A stretch of DNA of 64,000 bases from an uncultured Acidobacterium sp. (GCA_964628295.1 CAZVLS010000003.1:187972-251971), one strand, 5' to 3'. Positions 19,105 through 28,575 are shown, numbered from the stretch's first letter. The notes: generated from the sequence alone by a model not told the origin. Made by a program: numbers and translations.

Positions 19105-19452
19105 ATGAAGGCGCTGATCAAAATCATCATCGGAGCCCTAATCATCGTGGCCAGCCTCAATGCGACGCGGGCGGCGTTTGCGGAGTATCAGTTCACTGAT
19201 TCGGTGCACGAGGGCCTGCTGTTCGAACCGCGAGCCTCGGACGAAGAGATCATCGACATGGTCGTGAAGGTCGCGGCCCAGCAGGATATTCCCCTCACCG
19301 CTGCCGATGTCGCCGTCCGTCGTGTCGGCCAGGAGCTTCATGTCGACGCCACGTACACCACCGAGGTCGTGCTGGTCCCGGGGGTGTTCTCGAAGGAATG
19401 GACGTTCACGCCGACGACCTCGATTCGTCAGCTCGACGGCGTCGGGCGCTAG
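19105..19452 (+). CDS. Small membrane-anchored hypothetical protein
   Basis: 115-aa ORF with an N-terminal TM segment (IKIIIGALIIVASL). No family was recognised. Confidence 0.5.
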   Translation: MKALIKIIIGALIIVASLNATRAAFAEYQFTDSVHEGLLFEPRASDEEIIDMVVKVAAQQDIPLTAADVAVRRVGQELHVDATYTTEVVLVPGVFSKEWTFTPTTSIRQLDGVGR

Positions 19453-20072
19453 CTCGCCGCTGACTGCAGGGCGGCCGCCGCATGCGCGGCCGCGGCGCTG
19501 GACAACCGCACGGTTTCCGCCTCCGTCTCCGACACGAACACCGCGTCCTTGAGCGATCCGAGATTGATGCGGACGTTCGCCGCGGCGCCGTCCGCCGCCG
19601 CCTTCAGCAGGCCAATCGCCACACCGGCATCACTGGCAGCCGAGCGGTTGCCATGTTCGGCCACCGCCCGCCCGTGATCCAGCGCCTCGACGCACGCGCG
19701 CAACGTGTCGAGCGGCACGATCGTGGCGCCGCGCAGCGCGAGCTGGATGGCGGCCGTGCGCGCCGCCTTCTCGTCGTCGGTTGATTTCGCCAGGCGAAAT
19801 GCCGCCATCACGGCGTTGAACGATTCGGTGTCGGCATCGGCCAGCTGCGTCAGACGCGCGCCGACCGGGTCGATCGCCGCCCGCGCCGCGGCCAGTGCCG
19901 CCTTCTCGTCGTCGGTGTTGCTCTTCGATTTCGCGAGGCCCGTCACCATCACCAGCAGCGACGCGCCCATGGCTCCGGCGATGGCCGCCGCCGTGCCGCC
20001 ACCCGGCGTGGGTTCTGAACTCGCGAGTGCTGCCAGCAACTGGGCGACGGTCATGTCTGCAAATCTGGTCAC
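19449..20072 (-). CDS. Cyclodeaminase/cyclohydrolase family protein (FTCD C-terminal domain-like)
   Basis: The N-terminus reads SSEPTPGGGTAAAIAGAMGASLLVMV. It overlaps the hutI stop by 4 nt. Confidence 0.75.
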   Translation of the reverse strand: MTRFADMTVAQLLAALASSEPTPGGGTAAAIAGAMGASLLVMVTGLAKSKSNTDDEKAALAAARAAIDPVGARLTQLADADTESFNAVMAAFRLAKSTDDEKAARTAAIQLALRGATIVPLDTLRACVEALDHGRAVAEHGNRSAASDAGVAIGLLKAAADGAAANVRINLGSLKDAVFVSETEAETVRLSSAAAAHAAAALQSAAS

Positions 20073-21328
20073 GATTCCATCCTCGTATGTACGACGCGGC
20101 CGCGCTTCACCACGTGTTTGATCACCGGGCCGCCGACACGGATCAGGTCGGTCAGCATGCCCGAGACCAGCACCGCATCGAGCTGTTTGCCAACCTCGAG
20201 GCTGCCGATCGTGTCGTGCCGGTCGATCGAGGCCGCCGCGTTGAGCGTTGCGCCAATCAACGCTTCTTCAAGCGTGAGATTCATGCCGAAACAGGCGAGC
20301 GACATCACAAACGGCATGGACGTGGTGAAGCCGCCGCCGGGGTTGAGGTCGGTGGCCAGCGCCACCGCCGCGCCCTGGTCGACCAGCATGCGTGCCGGCG
20401 CGTAGCGGCCAAGCTTCAGGAAGAACGCGGCCGAGGGCAGGAGCGTGGCGACGACGTTCTTCTCGGCCAGCAGGCGCGCGTGAGGTTCGTCCACGAAGAT
20501 CAGGTGATCCGCCGATCGCGCGCCGACCTCCGCCGCGACCCTGGATCCGCCGCTCAGCGCGAGCTCGTCGGCGTGAATGCGCGCCTTCAATCCGCGCTGT
20601 TGTCCCGCCACCAGGATGTCGCGCGACTCATCAGGGGTGAATACGCCCTGCTCGCAGAACACATCGCACCACTCGGCAAGCCCTTCATCCGCGATCGCCG
20701 GGATCATCTCGTCAATCACCAGCCGGGCGTAGTCGGCACGGCGGCCGCGATACTCAGCGGGGACCTCGTGCGCGCCCATGAAGGTCGCGCTCAACTCGAT
20801 GGGCTGGCCGGCCGACACCGTCTTGATCGCGCGCAGCTGGCAGCGTTCGGATTCGAGATCGAGTCCGTAGCCGCTCTTGGCTTCGGCGGTGGTGGTGCCA
20901 AACGTCAGCATCTCCGCGAGCCGCCTTCGCGCGCCGTCGACCAGGGTGTGTTCCGTCGCGGTTCGTGTCTCCGTCACGGTCTTGACGATGCCGCCGCCCG
21001 AGGCGGCGATCTCGGCATAGGTAGCGCCGGACAGCCGGCGGCGCAGTTCATCACGGCGATCGCCGGCGAATACGAGGTGCGTGTGTGGGTCGATGAAGCC
21101 CGGCACGACGGTGCAGCCCACCGCGTCGATGACCTGCGCGTTGGCGGAGAGGGTCACTGCCGTCTTGGCATCGCGATCGGAGCCGACGAAGACAATCCTG
21201 CCTTCGAAACCCGCGACGGTGGCGTTCGGAATGGCGCCGATTTCGCGCTGCGCCGGGCCGCGTCGCGGGCCAGGGCCGGCGCACGTCGCCACGAGGTCCG
21301 CGTTCTCGATCAGGACGTCAGCGATCAC
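20069..21328 (-). CDS. hutI: Imidazolonepropionase
   Basis: Motifs are PGFIDPHTHLVFAG, RSADHL and the amidohydrolase fold, with a length of 419 aa. Confidence 0.85.
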   Translation of the reverse strand: MIADVLIENADLVATCAGPGPRRGPAQREIGAIPNATVAGFEGRIVFVGSDRDAKTAVTLSANAQVIDAVGCTVVPGFIDPHTHLVFAGDRRDELRRRLSGATYAEIAASGGGIVKTVTETRTATEHTLVDGARRRLAEMLTFGTTTAEAKSGYGLDLESERCQLRAIKTVSAGQPIELSATFMGAHEVPAEYRGRRADYARLVIDEMIPAIADEGLAEWCDVFCEQGVFTPDESRDILVAGQQRGLKARIHADELALSGGSRVAAEVGARSADHLIFVDEPHARLLAEKNVVATLLPSAAFFLKLGRYAPARMLVDQGAAVALATDLNPGGGFTTSMPFVMSLACFGMNLTLEEALIGATLNAAASIDRHDTIGSLEVGKQLDAVLVSGMLTDLIRVGGPVIKHVVKRGRVVHTRMES

Positions 21329-21332
21329 GCTT

Positions 21333-21590
21333 TCAGACTACCAGCTTTGCCAGCACGTCATCGCGGTCCATGCCCGCAATGCGGACGCGCTTCGATCGCG
21401 AGCGGTCGCCGGCCACGATCGCAATGTCGCGTTTGGGGATCTTGAGGGTCTTCGACAGGAGGGTAATGAGCTCCTCGTTGGCGGCGCCGTCGACCGGCGC
21501 CGCGGCGAGGCGCACGAGCAGGGCGCCGTCACGCAGGCCGGCGAATCCGCTGCGGCCTGCGCGAGGAATGACTTTGACGTCGAGGTCCAG
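21333..21590 (-). CDS. DUF167 (YggU-like) protein; 5' end uncertain with no canonical start codon
   Basis: LDLDVKVIPRAGRSGFAGLRDGALLVRLAAAPVDGAANEELI... matches the YggU fold pattern from its first strand. The only in-frame ATG/GTG/TTG is GTG 21515, which would delete the first ~25 residues. CTG 21590-21588 sits 2 nt after the divIVA stop. Confidence 0.55.
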   Translation of the reverse strand: MDLDVKVIPRAGRSGFAGLRDGALLVRLAAAPVDGAANEELITLLSKTLKIPKRDIAIVAGDRSRSKRVRIAGMDRDDVLAKLVV

Positions 21591-21592
21591 GC

Positions 21593-22144
21593 CTAGCTGC
21601 CCGTCTCAGCTTTCGGCGTGATGCTGGCTTGCGCCGGGGGCAGTTCCTGCGCGCGCGGACGATGCAGCAGGATGCGCTCGTCGCGGGCGCGGGCGTCCTG
21701 CTCGCGGATGAACTCCAGCGTGCTGTTCAGCGTGCGCACCAGGCCTTCGATCTCGTTCTCGACTTCGCGACGCTTCATGCGCAGCGCCTCGATCTCGCGC
21801 TGCACGTCCTCGAGACGGCCCTGCGCCTTCTGCAGGATCAAGTCGCGCTGGCCCTCGGCTTCGCGCAGGATCAGGCCGGCTTCCTTCTGCGCCTGTTCCT
21901 TCACTTCGTCGGACAGCTTCTGCGCGGTGAGCAGCGTGTTGCGGAGGTTGCGCTCCAGGCCGCGGTGCTCGCCGAGTACGGCGTCAAGCTTGGCGACGTC
22001 CTGGCGCAGCCGGTCGTTCTCGCGCAGCGCGTTCTCGTAGTCGTCTGCGGCCTCGAGCAGGAAAGCCTGTACTTCGCCGCGATCGTAGCCGCGCATCACG
22101 GTCTTGAAGCGCTGCTGCCTGAGGTCCAGTGGCGTCACTTTCAT
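21593..22144 (-). CDS. DivIVA-domain protein
   Basis: ATG 22144 gives MKVTPLDLRQQRFKTVMRGYDRGEVQAFL, the canonical DivIVA N-terminus, followed by a coiled coil. It has an ATGA overlap with the yggS stop. Confidence 0.85.
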   Translation of the reverse strand: MKVTPLDLRQQRFKTVMRGYDRGEVQAFLLEAADDYENALRENDRLRQDVAKLDAVLGEHRGLERNLRNTLLTAQKLSDEVKEQAQKEAGLILREAEGQRDLILQKAQGRLEDVQREIEALRMKRREVENEIEGLVRTLNSTLEFIREQDARARDERILLHRPRAQELPPAQASITPKAETGS

Positions 22145-22842
22145 GGGTAATGCCTCTCTCCAAAAATCGCCGTGCCCACGCGCACCATCGTCGCGCCTTC
22201 TTCGATGGCCACCTCGAAATCGTGGCTCATGCCCATCGACAGTTCGCGCAATCGTTCGGCCGGCACGCCGGTGGAGAGCAACTCGTCGCGCACCGCGCGG
22301 AGCCGCGCAAACCACGGCCTCGCATCCTGCGGGTTGTCGACGAGCGGCGGCAGCAACATCAGGCCGATCAGCCGTGCCGCCGTGCACTCCGCCGCGGCAT
22401 GCACCACCGCCGGCACGTCCTCGAGCGGAGCGCCGTGCTTGGTGTCTTCCAGGGCGAGATCGACCTGGATCAGCACGTCGACGGTCCGCCCGGCTTCGCG
22501 CGCCGCCTGGTCCACCCGCTTCAGCAGATCGACACTGTCGATCGCGTGGATGGCCCCGGCCACAGACGCCGCTTTTCGCGCCTTATTCGATTGCAGGTGG
22601 CCGATGAGATGCCACCGCAGGCTGGTATCGGCCGATTGTGCAATTTTCTGCAGGGCCTCCTGCACCTTGTTCTCGCCGAAGTCGCGTTGCCCCGCCTCGG
22701 CGGCGGCCCGCACGGCGTCGATGGGATGGGTCTTGGAGACGGCGATCAGGGTGACATCGCCCGGCGAGCGCCCGGCGCGGCCGGCGGCATTCGCAATGCG
22801 ATCGCGAATCTCCGCCAGCCGGCTCGGTATGTGTTCGTACAC
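22141..22842 (-). CDS. yggS: YggS-family pyridoxal-phosphate homeostasis protein
   Basis: 233-aa ORF. LIAVSKTHP contains the PLP lysine, and the C-terminal motif is MGMSHDFEVAIEEGATMVRVGTAIFG. Confidence 0.9.
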   Translation of the reverse strand: MYEHIPSRLAEIRDRIANAAGRAGRSPGDVTLIAVSKTHPIDAVRAAAEAGQRDFGENKVQEALQKIAQSADTSLRWHLIGHLQSNKARKAASVAGAIHAIDSVDLLKRVDQAAREAGRTVDVLIQVDLALEDTKHGAPLEDVPAVVHAAAECTAARLIGLMLLPPLVDNPQDARPWFARLRAVRDELLSTGVPAERLRELSMGMSHDFEVAIEEGATMVRVGTAIFGERHYP

Positions 22843-22877
22843 TGGCTGCTGACTGCTGGCTACTGGCGGCCGGCTAC
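22843..22877. repeat. Solitary heptamer array (GTAGCCR-like x5, read on the - strand) filling the whole TPR-yggS intergenic spacer
   Basis: The - strand reads gtagccg gccgcca gtagcca gcagtca gcagcca and then immediately the GTG start of yggS. The TPR gene stop (22874-22876) is in the first unit. There is no inverted arm. Confidence 0.75.
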
Positions 22878-23809
22878 TTCTTCAACTGCGCGATCATGCC
22901 CTTCGCCTGCGTGGCGTACTGACCATCCGGGGCCAGCTTCACGTAGGCCTCGAACGACGCGACCGCTTCAGCGAGCTTGCCCTCGTTGAGCAGCGCCATG
23001 CCGAGCTGATAGTTCGCGTCGGCGTGGTTGGCGTTGATCTTCAGCGTCTCTTCGAACTTCACCTTGGCGTCGGCGATCTTGCCCTGGTTCCAGAGAATGA
23101 TGCCCTGGTTGAACACCGCGTCCGCGTTCCCCGAGCCGCCGCCGGCCGACGCCGCCTTGGCGCTCATCGCCGCCGCTTCTTCAAAGCGCTTCTGGTTGTT
23201 GTAGAGCGTGGATAGCGCGGTGAGGGCCTCGGAGTAATCGGCCTTCATCTCGAGCGCCTTCTTCCACGCGTCTTCGGCGGCCTTCTCGTCCTTCTTGGCC
23301 ATCAGCGCGACGCCGATGTTGAACTGGCAGTCGAAGCACGCCGGCGAAATCGCGAGGGCGGCGTTGAACTTCTCGATCGCGGCATCGTGCTGGCCGGCAC
23401 GGCTCGCGGCCACGCCTTCCTCGAAGGTCTTCTTCAGCTCCGCGGCCTTCGCGGCATCGTTGGCGGCCGTCGAGGGGACGAGGACGATCGTCATCTCCGA
23501 CACCTTGCCGAGCACGATGCGGGTGTCGTTGCTCGCGGTGCCGATCTTCGGATCGCTCGCGGTGACGCGATACATGCCAGAGTTGGTCAGCAACTGGACG
23601 AACTCGCCCTTGCGATCCGTCTTGGTGGTCAGCTTGCGGCCGGAACCGTCGAGCGACTCGACGGTGATCGTCGCGCCGACGACGGCTTCCTTCTTGGCGT
23701 CGATGACCTTGCCGCGAACCATGGTGGATTGCGCCAGCACCGCGGGTGCCAGGCCGAGCAGCAGGGCGATGACGAGGGTGCCCACACGAGCCGTGAAATT
23801 CTGTGTCAT
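22874..23809 (-). CDS. Secreted TPR-repeat protein with N-terminal carboxypeptidase-regulatory-like domain
   Basis: It has a signal peptide, then VRGKVIDAKKEAVVGATITVE...DRKGEF (CarboxypepD_reg-like), then several TPR motifs. Confidence 0.7.
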   Translation of the reverse strand: MTQNFTARVGTLVIALLLGLAPAVLAQSTMVRGKVIDAKKEAVVGATITVESLDGSGRKLTTKTDRKGEFVQLLTNSGMYRVTASDPKIGTASNDTRIVLGKVSEMTIVLVPSTAANDAAKAAELKKTFEEGVAASRAGQHDAAIEKFNAALAISPACFDCQFNIGVALMAKKDEKAAEDAWKKALEMKADYSEALTALSTLYNNQKRFEEAAAMSAKAASAGGGSGNADAVFNQGIILWNQGKIADAKVKFEETLKINANHADANYQLGMALLNEGKLAEAVASFEAYVKLAPDGQYATQAKGMIAQLKK

Positions 23810-23870
23810 TGGAGTCTTGCCTTTATGGTGGCGCCCGGCGTCAGCCCGGGCTGTCTCTGATCAGTTTAAG

Positions 23871-25850
23871 TCAGCTTGCGAAAAACTTGCTGATCGCCTC
23901 GGGGTTCTGGGTCACCGGGGCCGGCGGAAACGAATCGAGGAATCGGCGCCCGTACCCCATGGTCCGCAGGCGCGGATCGAGCACGGCCAGCACGCCGCGA
24001 TCGCTGCGGTGACGGATCAGGCGGCCCAGACCCTGCAGCATCGCGAGGATCGCGAGCGGTACCTGGTAGTCCTGGAACGCATTGCCGCCTTCCGCGTTGA
24101 TCGCCTCGATGCGCGCGGCCGTGATGGGATCGCCCGGCGAGGCAAACGGCAGCTTGTCGATGATCACGCAACTCAGCTGTTCTCCGACCACGTCAACGCC
24201 TTGCCAGAACGACGATGTCGCGAACAGCACCGCGTTCGGTGTTGAGCGGAACTGCGCCAGCAGCGCGCTACGCGGTGCCGTGCCCTGCACGATGATCGGG
24301 TAGGGGACATCGTCGGCGACGCGATCCTTGACCGATCGCATCATGGCGTAACTCGTGAACAGCACGAAGGCGCGGCCCTCACTGCGCAACAGCAGGTCGC
24401 GCACTTCGCGCGCCACCGCATCGCCGTACTGCGGGGAGTTCGGCGGCGGCATCTGCCGCGGCAGGTACAGGATCGCCTGCTCGTTGAAATCGAATTCGGA
24501 GGCGACGCGCAGGCTGTCGGCGTCTTCCACGCCGAGGCGCCCCTTGACGTAGTCGAACGATCCTTCCACGGTCAGCGTGGCCGACGTCATGATCGTCGCC
24601 TTCATCCGGTCGAACAGCATCTCGCGAATGATCTTCGAGACGTCGATGGGCGCGGCGCGCAGGAACACGCCACGGTTGCGCGTCTCCAGGAAATAGACGT
24701 ACGACGTGTCCGACGCTTCGAGCAGGAACGTGAGGTGATCGCGCAACTCGGCCGCCCGGCGCCCCAGCGTGGCGGCGTCCTCATTCGGCTGCGCACCGGC
24801 TTCGTTGGTGCCCGCCTTCTTCTGCATGGCATCGTCCAGGCCGCCGAGCGCCGCGATCAGCCCGAGCCCGTCGTCGAGCACGTCCCCGAACCAGCCAGGC
24901 CCGATGCGCAGGCGCTCTTCGAACCCGCCGCGTGCATGCCGCGCCATCTGCAGCGCGCCGAAGAATGTCAGCGAATGATCGTCGACCCGGGTGACCGCGT
25001 GGCGCAGCTCCGAGTCGTAGTCCTCGACCATGCCGAGGTTGAGCGCCCGCTCGCAGTCGCGCACCAGGTCGGCGACGCGCCAGTTGCTGATCGCGATGCC
25101 GAAGTACTGCGTGGCGACGTCTTCGAGCTGGTGCGCTTCGTCCACCACCGCGTAGTGGCAATCGGGAATCACTTCGCCGTAGGTGCTCTGCCGCACCGAC
25201 GCGTCGGCGCACAGCAGGTGGTGATTGACGATGACGAGGTCGGATTCAGCGGCGCGCTGCCGCATCTTCGTGACGTAGCACTCGCGGTACTGCGGGCAGT
25301 CCTGCCCGAGACACGTCTCCGCGATCGCCGAGACGTCGTGCCAGAGCGACGAATCTTCCTCGAGTCCCGTCAACTCCGCGCGATCACCGGTCTCCGTCAC
25401 CCGCCGCCATTCGTCCACGGTCGAGATGAAGTCCATCGGCGCGGCGGGGTGCGTGCGCAGCTGGTCGAGACGATGCAGGCAGAGATAGTTGGCGCGGCCC
25501 TTCATGTAGGTCGCGGTGAACGGCACGCCCAGCGCGGTCTTCAACGCGGGGATGTCCTTGAAGTAAATCTGCTCCTGCAGGTTCTTCGTGCCGGTGGAGA
25601 TCAGGACGCGCTGTCGATTGAGGATCGCGGGGACCAGGTACGCGAGCGTCTTACCCGTGCCGGTGCCGGCTTCGGCGAGCAGGACACCGCCGTTGTGCAG
25701 CGTGTCTGCGACCGCCGCCGCCATCGCGCGCTGACCGCTGCGCGGCTCGAAGTTGTCGACGGCGCGGACGAGGAGCCCCTCATCCGCGAACGCCGCATCG
25801 ACCGCCGACCTTAAGCCAGGCGTTCCGGGTACAGCGGGAACTTCGTGCAC
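23871..25850 (-). CDS. dinG: DinG/XPD-like Fe-S ATP-dependent DNA helicase
   Basis: Motifs are EAGTGTGKT (Walker A) and [10 protein letters not shown] (DEAH). A four-Cys insert ([13 protein letters not shown]...C) is present. The start at 25850 overlaps the glyA 3' end by 40 nt, and no better downstream start exists. Confidence 0.8.
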   Translation of the reverse strand: MHEVPAVPGTPGLRSAVDAAFADEGLLVRAVDNFEPRSGQRAMAAAVADTLHNGGVLLAEAGTGTGKTLAYLVPAILNRQRVLISTGTKNLQEQIYFKDIPALKTALGVPFTATYMKGRANYLCLHRLDQLRTHPAAPMDFISTVDEWRRVTETGDRAELTGLEEDSSLWHDVSAIAETCLGQDCPQYRECYVTKMRQRAAESDLVIVNHHLLCADASVRQSTYGEVIPDCHYAVVDEAHQLEDVATQYFGIAISNWRVADLVRDCERALNLGMVEDYDSELRHAVTRVDDHSLTFFGALQMARHARGGFEERLRIGPGWFGDVLDDGLGLIAALGGLDDAMQKKAGTNEAGAQPNEDAATLGRRAAELRDHLTFLLEASDTSYVYFLETRNRGVFLRAAPIDVSKIIREMLFDRMKATIMTSATLTVEGSFDYVKGRLGVEDADSLRVASEFDFNEQAILYLPRQMPPPNSPQYGDAVAREVRDLLLRSEGRAFVLFTSYAMMRSVKDRVADDVPYPIIVQGTAPRSALLAQFRSTPNAVLFATSSFWQGVDVVGEQLSCVIIDKLPFASPGDPITAARIEAINAEGGNAFQDYQVPLAILAMLQGLGRLIRHRSDRGVLAVLDPRLRTMGYGRRFLDSFPPAPVTQNPEAISKFFAS

Positions 25851-27076
25851 AGGGCTTCGACTTCCGCCTTCACCTTCGCCAGCGCGCCGGCGTCCTCCGG
25901 TGTGGCCAGCACGCGGCTGATGAACTCAGCGATCTGATCCATCTCCGCTTCGCCCATGCCGCGCGTGGTGACCGCGGGAGTGCCGAGACGGACGCCGCTT
26001 GCGACCATCGGTGGGTTCTGGTCGAACGGAATGGCGTTCTTGTTGACGGTGATACCGGCCTGTCCGAGCGCGGCCTCTGCCACCTTGCCGGTGATGCCCT
26101 TCGAGAACACGTCCACCAGCACGATGTGGTTGTCGGTGCCGCCGCTGACGATGCGGAAGCCCGACGTGGTCATGGCCTTCGCGAGGCGCGCGGCGTTCTT
26201 CACCAACTGGCGCTGGTAGGCCCCAAACTCGGGCGTGGCGGCTTCCCTGAAGCACACCGCCTTGGCCGCGATGATGTGCATCAGCGGGCCGCCCTGCACG
26301 CCGGGGAACACCGTGCGATCGAGGTCCTTCGCGTAGCTCTCCCGGCACATCACCATGCCGCCGCGTGGTCCGCGCAGGGTCTTGTGCGTGGTCGTCGTGA
26401 CGAAGTCGGCGTGCGGTACCGGGCTCGGGTGCACGCCGCCGGCGACCAGCCCGGCGATGTGGGCCATGTCCACCATCAGCGGTGAACCGATGCGCCTGGC
26501 CACCGCGCCCATGCGTTCGAAGTCGATCACGCGCGGGTAGGCGCTGGCGCCGACGATGATCATCTTCGGCTTGTGCTGGTCGGCGAGCTGCTCGAACTCG
26601 TCGTAGTCAATCCGCTCATCGTCCTTCCGCACGCCGTACGGAACGATGTTGTAGAGCTTCCCGGAAAAATTCAGCGGGTGACCGTGGGTGAGATGGCCGC
26701 CGTGCGCGAGGTTCATGCCGAGTACGGTGTCGCCGGGCTTCAACAGCGTCAGGTAGACGCTCATGTTGGCCTGTGCGCCCGAGTGCGGCTGCACGTTCAC
26801 GTGATCGGCGCCGAACAATGTCTTCGCGCGCTGGATGGCGAGCGTCTCAGCGACGTCCACGAACTCGCAGCCGCCGTAATACCGCTTGCCTGGATAGCCC
26901 TCGGCGTACTTGTTCGTCATCACCGAGCCGGCGGCTTCAAGCACTGCGGTGCTGACGAAATTTTCAGACGCGATCAGCTCGAGCCCTTCTTCCTGGCGCC
27001 TGGTTTCGTGGTTGATAGCGGCGGCGATGTCGGGGTCGGCCTGGGCAAGCGTGCGGGAGCGAATGTCGTGACTCAT
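25811..27076 (-). CDS. glyA: Serine hydroxymethyltransferase
   Basis: ATG 27076 gives [24 protein letters not shown]. Motifs are LIASENF and [13 protein letters not shown] (PLP lysine). Confidence 0.95.
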   Translation of the reverse strand: MSHDIRSRTLAQADPDIAAAINHETRRQEEGLELIASENFVSTAVLEAAGSVMTNKYAEGYPGKRYYGGCEFVDVAETLAIQRAKTLFGADHVNVQPHSGAQANMSVYLTLLKPGDTVLGMNLAHGGHLTHGHPLNFSGKLYNIVPYGVRKDDERIDYDEFEQLADQHKPKMIIVGASAYPRVIDFERMGAVARRIGSPLMVDMAHIAGLVAGGVHPSPVPHADFVTTTTHKTLRGPRGGMVMCRESYAKDLDRTVFPGVQGGPLMHIIAAKAVCFREAATPEFGAYQRQLVKNAARLAKAMTTSGFRIVSGGTDNHIVLVDVFSKGITGKVAEAALGQAGITVNKNAIPFDQNPPMVASGVRLGTPAVTTRGMGEAEMDQIAEFISRVLATPEDAGALAKVKAEVEALCTKFPLYPERLA

Positions 27077-27188
27077 GCGGGATGCACATTTTGTCACCAA
27101 AGGCGGTGGGTTCAAAGGTTCATAGGTTCCAGCCGTTCAATGAAGTCGACCGGTGAGCGGCGGAACCCCTTGCGCATTGAACCGTTGT

Positions 27189-27198
27189 GTTATATAAC
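27189..27198. promoter_or_regulatory. Perfect 10-bp palindrome GTTATATAAC, candidate ArsR-type operator or -10 region
   Basis: It lies 10 nt upstream of the arsR-family ATG in an AT-rich stretch, and a further GTTAT copy is at 27205-27209. Confidence 0.3.
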
Positions 27199-27207
27199 CA
27201 TTAAGTT

Positions 27208-27573
27208 ATGAATCAGCAGGACGCACTGAGCGCGACCTTTGCGGCACTGGCGGATCCGACGCGGCGCGCGATTCTCGCGCGGCTCGCCAGCGGGGAAGCG
27301 ACGGTCAACGAACTGGCTGAGCCGTTCGACATGAGCCAGCCGGCAATCTCCAAGCACCTCAAGGTGCTCGAGCGGGCCGGACTCATTTCATGCGGCCACG
27401 ACGCGCAACGGCGACCGAGGAAGATCGAGGCGAAGCCCCTGGCGGATGCATCGAGTTGGATTGAGACCTATCGACGGCACTGGGAAGCCGCGTTTGCGCG
27501 CCTCGACGTGGTGCTCGAGGAACTCAAGGCGGAACAGGCAAAAGAGACAAAGGACAGGAAGCGAAAAAGATGA
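27208..27573 (+). CDS. ArsR/SmtB-family transcriptional regulator
   Basis: The winged-HTH signature is LADPTRRAILARLASGEATVNELAEPFDMSQPAISKHLKVLERAGLI. Confidence 0.9.
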   Translation: MNQQDALSATFAALADPTRRAILARLASGEATVNELAEPFDMSQPAISKHLKVLERAGLISCGHDAQRRPRKIEAKPLADASSWIETYRRHWEAAFARLDVVLEELKAEQAKETKDRKRKR

Positions 27574-28049
27574 TGACCGAAAACATCACCGTCACGATCA
27601 CGACGCCGTCCGATCGCGAAGCCGTCGTCACGCGCGACTTCAATGAACCAGCATCGCTGGTGTTCGACGCGGTGACGAAGGCAGATCTCATCAAGCGTTG
27701 GTACGGCGCGCACGGATCGGTTGACTCGTGCGAGAGCGACGTGCGCGTTGGCGGCAAGTGGCGCTTTGCCTTCACCGTGAACGGCCATCAGATGGCGAAG
27801 TACGGCGTCTACAGCGAGATCGACCGGCCGCGTCGCTTTGTCCGCACCGAGCGGTTCGAAGGCTGGGATGCCTATGAGGCGGTCATGACGGTGGAGCTCG
27901 TCGAGCGCCACGGCAAGACCACCATGACGCAACACTTCCGGTTCCCGTCGCAAGAGCTCCGCGACCAGGTGATGAAGACCGGCCTGACGGCGCAGGGCAT
28001 GAGCGCGTTCTACGAGCGGCTCGACGTGCTGCTGGGAGAACTCGCGTGA
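27570..28049 (+). CDS. SRPBCC-superfamily (AHSA1/Aha1-like START fold) protein, copy 1
   Basis: 159-aa ORF with an ATGA overlap with arsR. Motifs are ITRDFNEPASLVFDAVTKADLIKRWYG and GGKWRF. Confidence 0.8.
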   Translation: MMTENITVTITTPSDREAVVTRDFNEPASLVFDAVTKADLIKRWYGAHGSVDSCESDVRVGGKWRFAFTVNGHQMAKYGVYSEIDRPRRFVRTERFEGWDAYEAVMTVELVERHGKTTMTQHFRFPSQELRDQVMKTGLTAQGMSAFYERLDVLLGELA

Positions 28050-28519
28050 CCGAAGGCATCACCGTCACGATCACCACGCCGACCGACTGCGAGGCCGTGA
28101 TCACGCGCGACTTCGCGGCGCCGATCGCATTGGTCTTCGACGCATTGACCAGGCCGGACCTGATCAAGCGCTGGTACGGACCGCCCAATTCGATCGAAGT
28201 GTGCGAGAGCGACGCCAGGCCGGGAGGCGCATGGCGCTTCGTCAGCCAGGTGCGCGGCAAGTCGATCGTGCAGTTCGGGATCTACAAGGAAGTCAACGCG
28301 CCGCATCACTTCGTGCGCACCGAGCGCTGGGAGGACTGGGATCCGGGCGAGACGCTCGTCACGCTCGATCTCGTCGAGCGCGATGGCACGACCACGATGA
28401 CGCAGCGCATCACGTTCCCGTCGCAGGAGGTGCGCGACGTCGTGATGAAGGGCGGACTCACGCCGAAGGGGACCAGCGAGTTCTACGAGCGGCTCGAGGA
28501 CCTGCTGAAAGCGCTGTAG
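28046..28519 (+). CDS. SRPBCC-superfamily (AHSA1/Aha1-like) protein, copy 2 (tandem paralog)
   Basis: 157-aa ORF that is colinear with copy 1 (ITRDFAAPIALVFDALTRPDLIKRWYG, GGAWRF) and overlaps it by 4 nt. Confidence 0.8.
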   Translation: MTEGITVTITTPTDCEAVITRDFAAPIALVFDALTRPDLIKRWYGPPNSIEVCESDARPGGAWRFVSQVRGKSIVQFGIYKEVNAPHHFVRTERWEDWDPGETLVTLDLVERDGTTTMTQRITFPSQEVRDVVMKGGLTPKGTSEFYERLEDLLKAL

Positions 28520-28575
28520 GGACTGAAGGCGCTGTAGGAACTGAAGGCGCTGTAGGAACTGAAGGCGCTGTAGGG
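28511..28575. repeat. 18-bp tandem repeat (GCGCTGTAGGRACTGAAG x3.6) starting at the last codons of the SRPBCC gene
   Basis: Copies are at 28511-28528, 28529-28546 and 28547-28564, with a partial copy at 28565-28575. Each carries an in-frame TAG (28517, 28535, 28553, 28571). Confidence 0.9.
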
